DNA of 64,000 nucleotides from an uncultured Clostridia bacterium (GTDB lineage Bacteria; Bacillota; Clostridia; Christensenellales; UBA1242). The translations under genes and the position numbers were made by a program. A model generated the notes under the pieces. The model was given only the letters and a program-made list of their open reading frames with translations, did not search any database and was not told the DNA's origin. Location: positions 59,758 through 123,757 of the forward strand of contig CALWDZ010000003.1 in NCBI GenBank assembly GCA_944376845.1, read 5' to 3'. This document shows, piece after piece, positions 63,621 through 64,000 of this stretch. The number at the start of each line of letters is the position of its first letter. Position 1 is the stretch's first letter.

Positions 63621-64000
63621 CTATTTTGTAATTTCTTGATTTGATTTGATTGTATTTTTTCTATGTACAAACGCAACAACGGCAGCAATTAAAGAACCTA
63701 CAAAATCGCAAATTAAATCATACATAGTGTCAAAAAGTGCCTCTCTGCCTACTAAACCTTGCCATCTTTGAGCATTCTGACCAGGGATAACGCCATCAAA
63801 TATAAACTCAATAACTTCCCAAACACCACCAATCATCATTGAAAATGAAAATACAAATAAGCATATCCAAAATGGGCTAAGTTGCGTTTTCCCAAGTTTG
63901 CTATATACATCATAAAACAAAAGTCCGAATAGTATTCCGCTGGCAAAATGTACAATTTTGTCAAGGAGAGGGAATATCAAATAAACACCCCATGCAGAAC
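63621..64000 (-). CDS. small membrane protein, N-terminus may lie outside window
   Basis: Frame stays open to base 64000. Hydrophobic helices and a DKIVHF motif. Family uncertain. Confidence 0.45.
   Translation of the reverse strand, partial: SAWGVYLIFPLLDKIVHFASGILFGLLFYDVYSKLGKTQLSPFWICLFVFSFSMMIGGVWEVIEFIFDGVIPGQNAQRWQGLVGREALFDTMYDLICDFVGSLIAAVVAFVHRKNTIKSNQEITK

Overview
AT-rich (about one-third GC by eye) chromosomal segment from a low-GC, spore-forming Firmicute, probably Clostridia-like. The lineage call rests on the yqfC-yqfD-ybeY-era-yqzL-recO block, a collagen-like protein, Cys/Pro-rich small proteins and BspA-LRR / Listeria-Bacteroides-repeat adhesins. The backbone is housekeeping: tsaB-rimI, a MurF-like ligase, degV, a glycolipid/LTA-type envelope cluster, an ArsR/HMA/P-type ATPase metal operon, peroxiredoxin, gltX, ppdK, dut, proS, a short alaS, ileS, rRNA/tRNA modification enzymes, pepF, an S8 protease and three tRNAs. 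Several accessory or unusual stretches sit within this backbone. (1) The hotspot at 29.05-32.25 kb, between a 1771-aa adhesin and gltX, holds a stand-alone reverse transcriptase of unassigned class. It is followed by a promoter-to-terminator small-RNA-like unit, a 126-nt multi-helix element, a GIY-YIG nuclease gene bracketed by ~177-bp direct repeats, and a truncated DUF4143 ATPase. (2) The same 126-nt element family recurs with fully compensated helix changes as a ~247-bp-period array fused to the stop codon of alaS (52.33-52.9 kb). (3) A candidate invertible promoter (inverton) lies upstream of an LRR surface-protein gene (4.55-4.71 kb). (4) A minimal RiPP locus has a 38-aa Cys-containing precursor plus a radical SAM/SPASM maturase (40.24-41.71 kb). 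(5) Two tRNA-linked oddities: a duplicated tRNA-Arg 5' half, and a hairpin antisense to the tRNA-Lys anticodon arm. GC-rich short repeats of the GTCATTCTGAG...GAAGAATCTC type occur in at least 10 copies. All calls rest on reading the sequence and ORF translations; no database search was possible.
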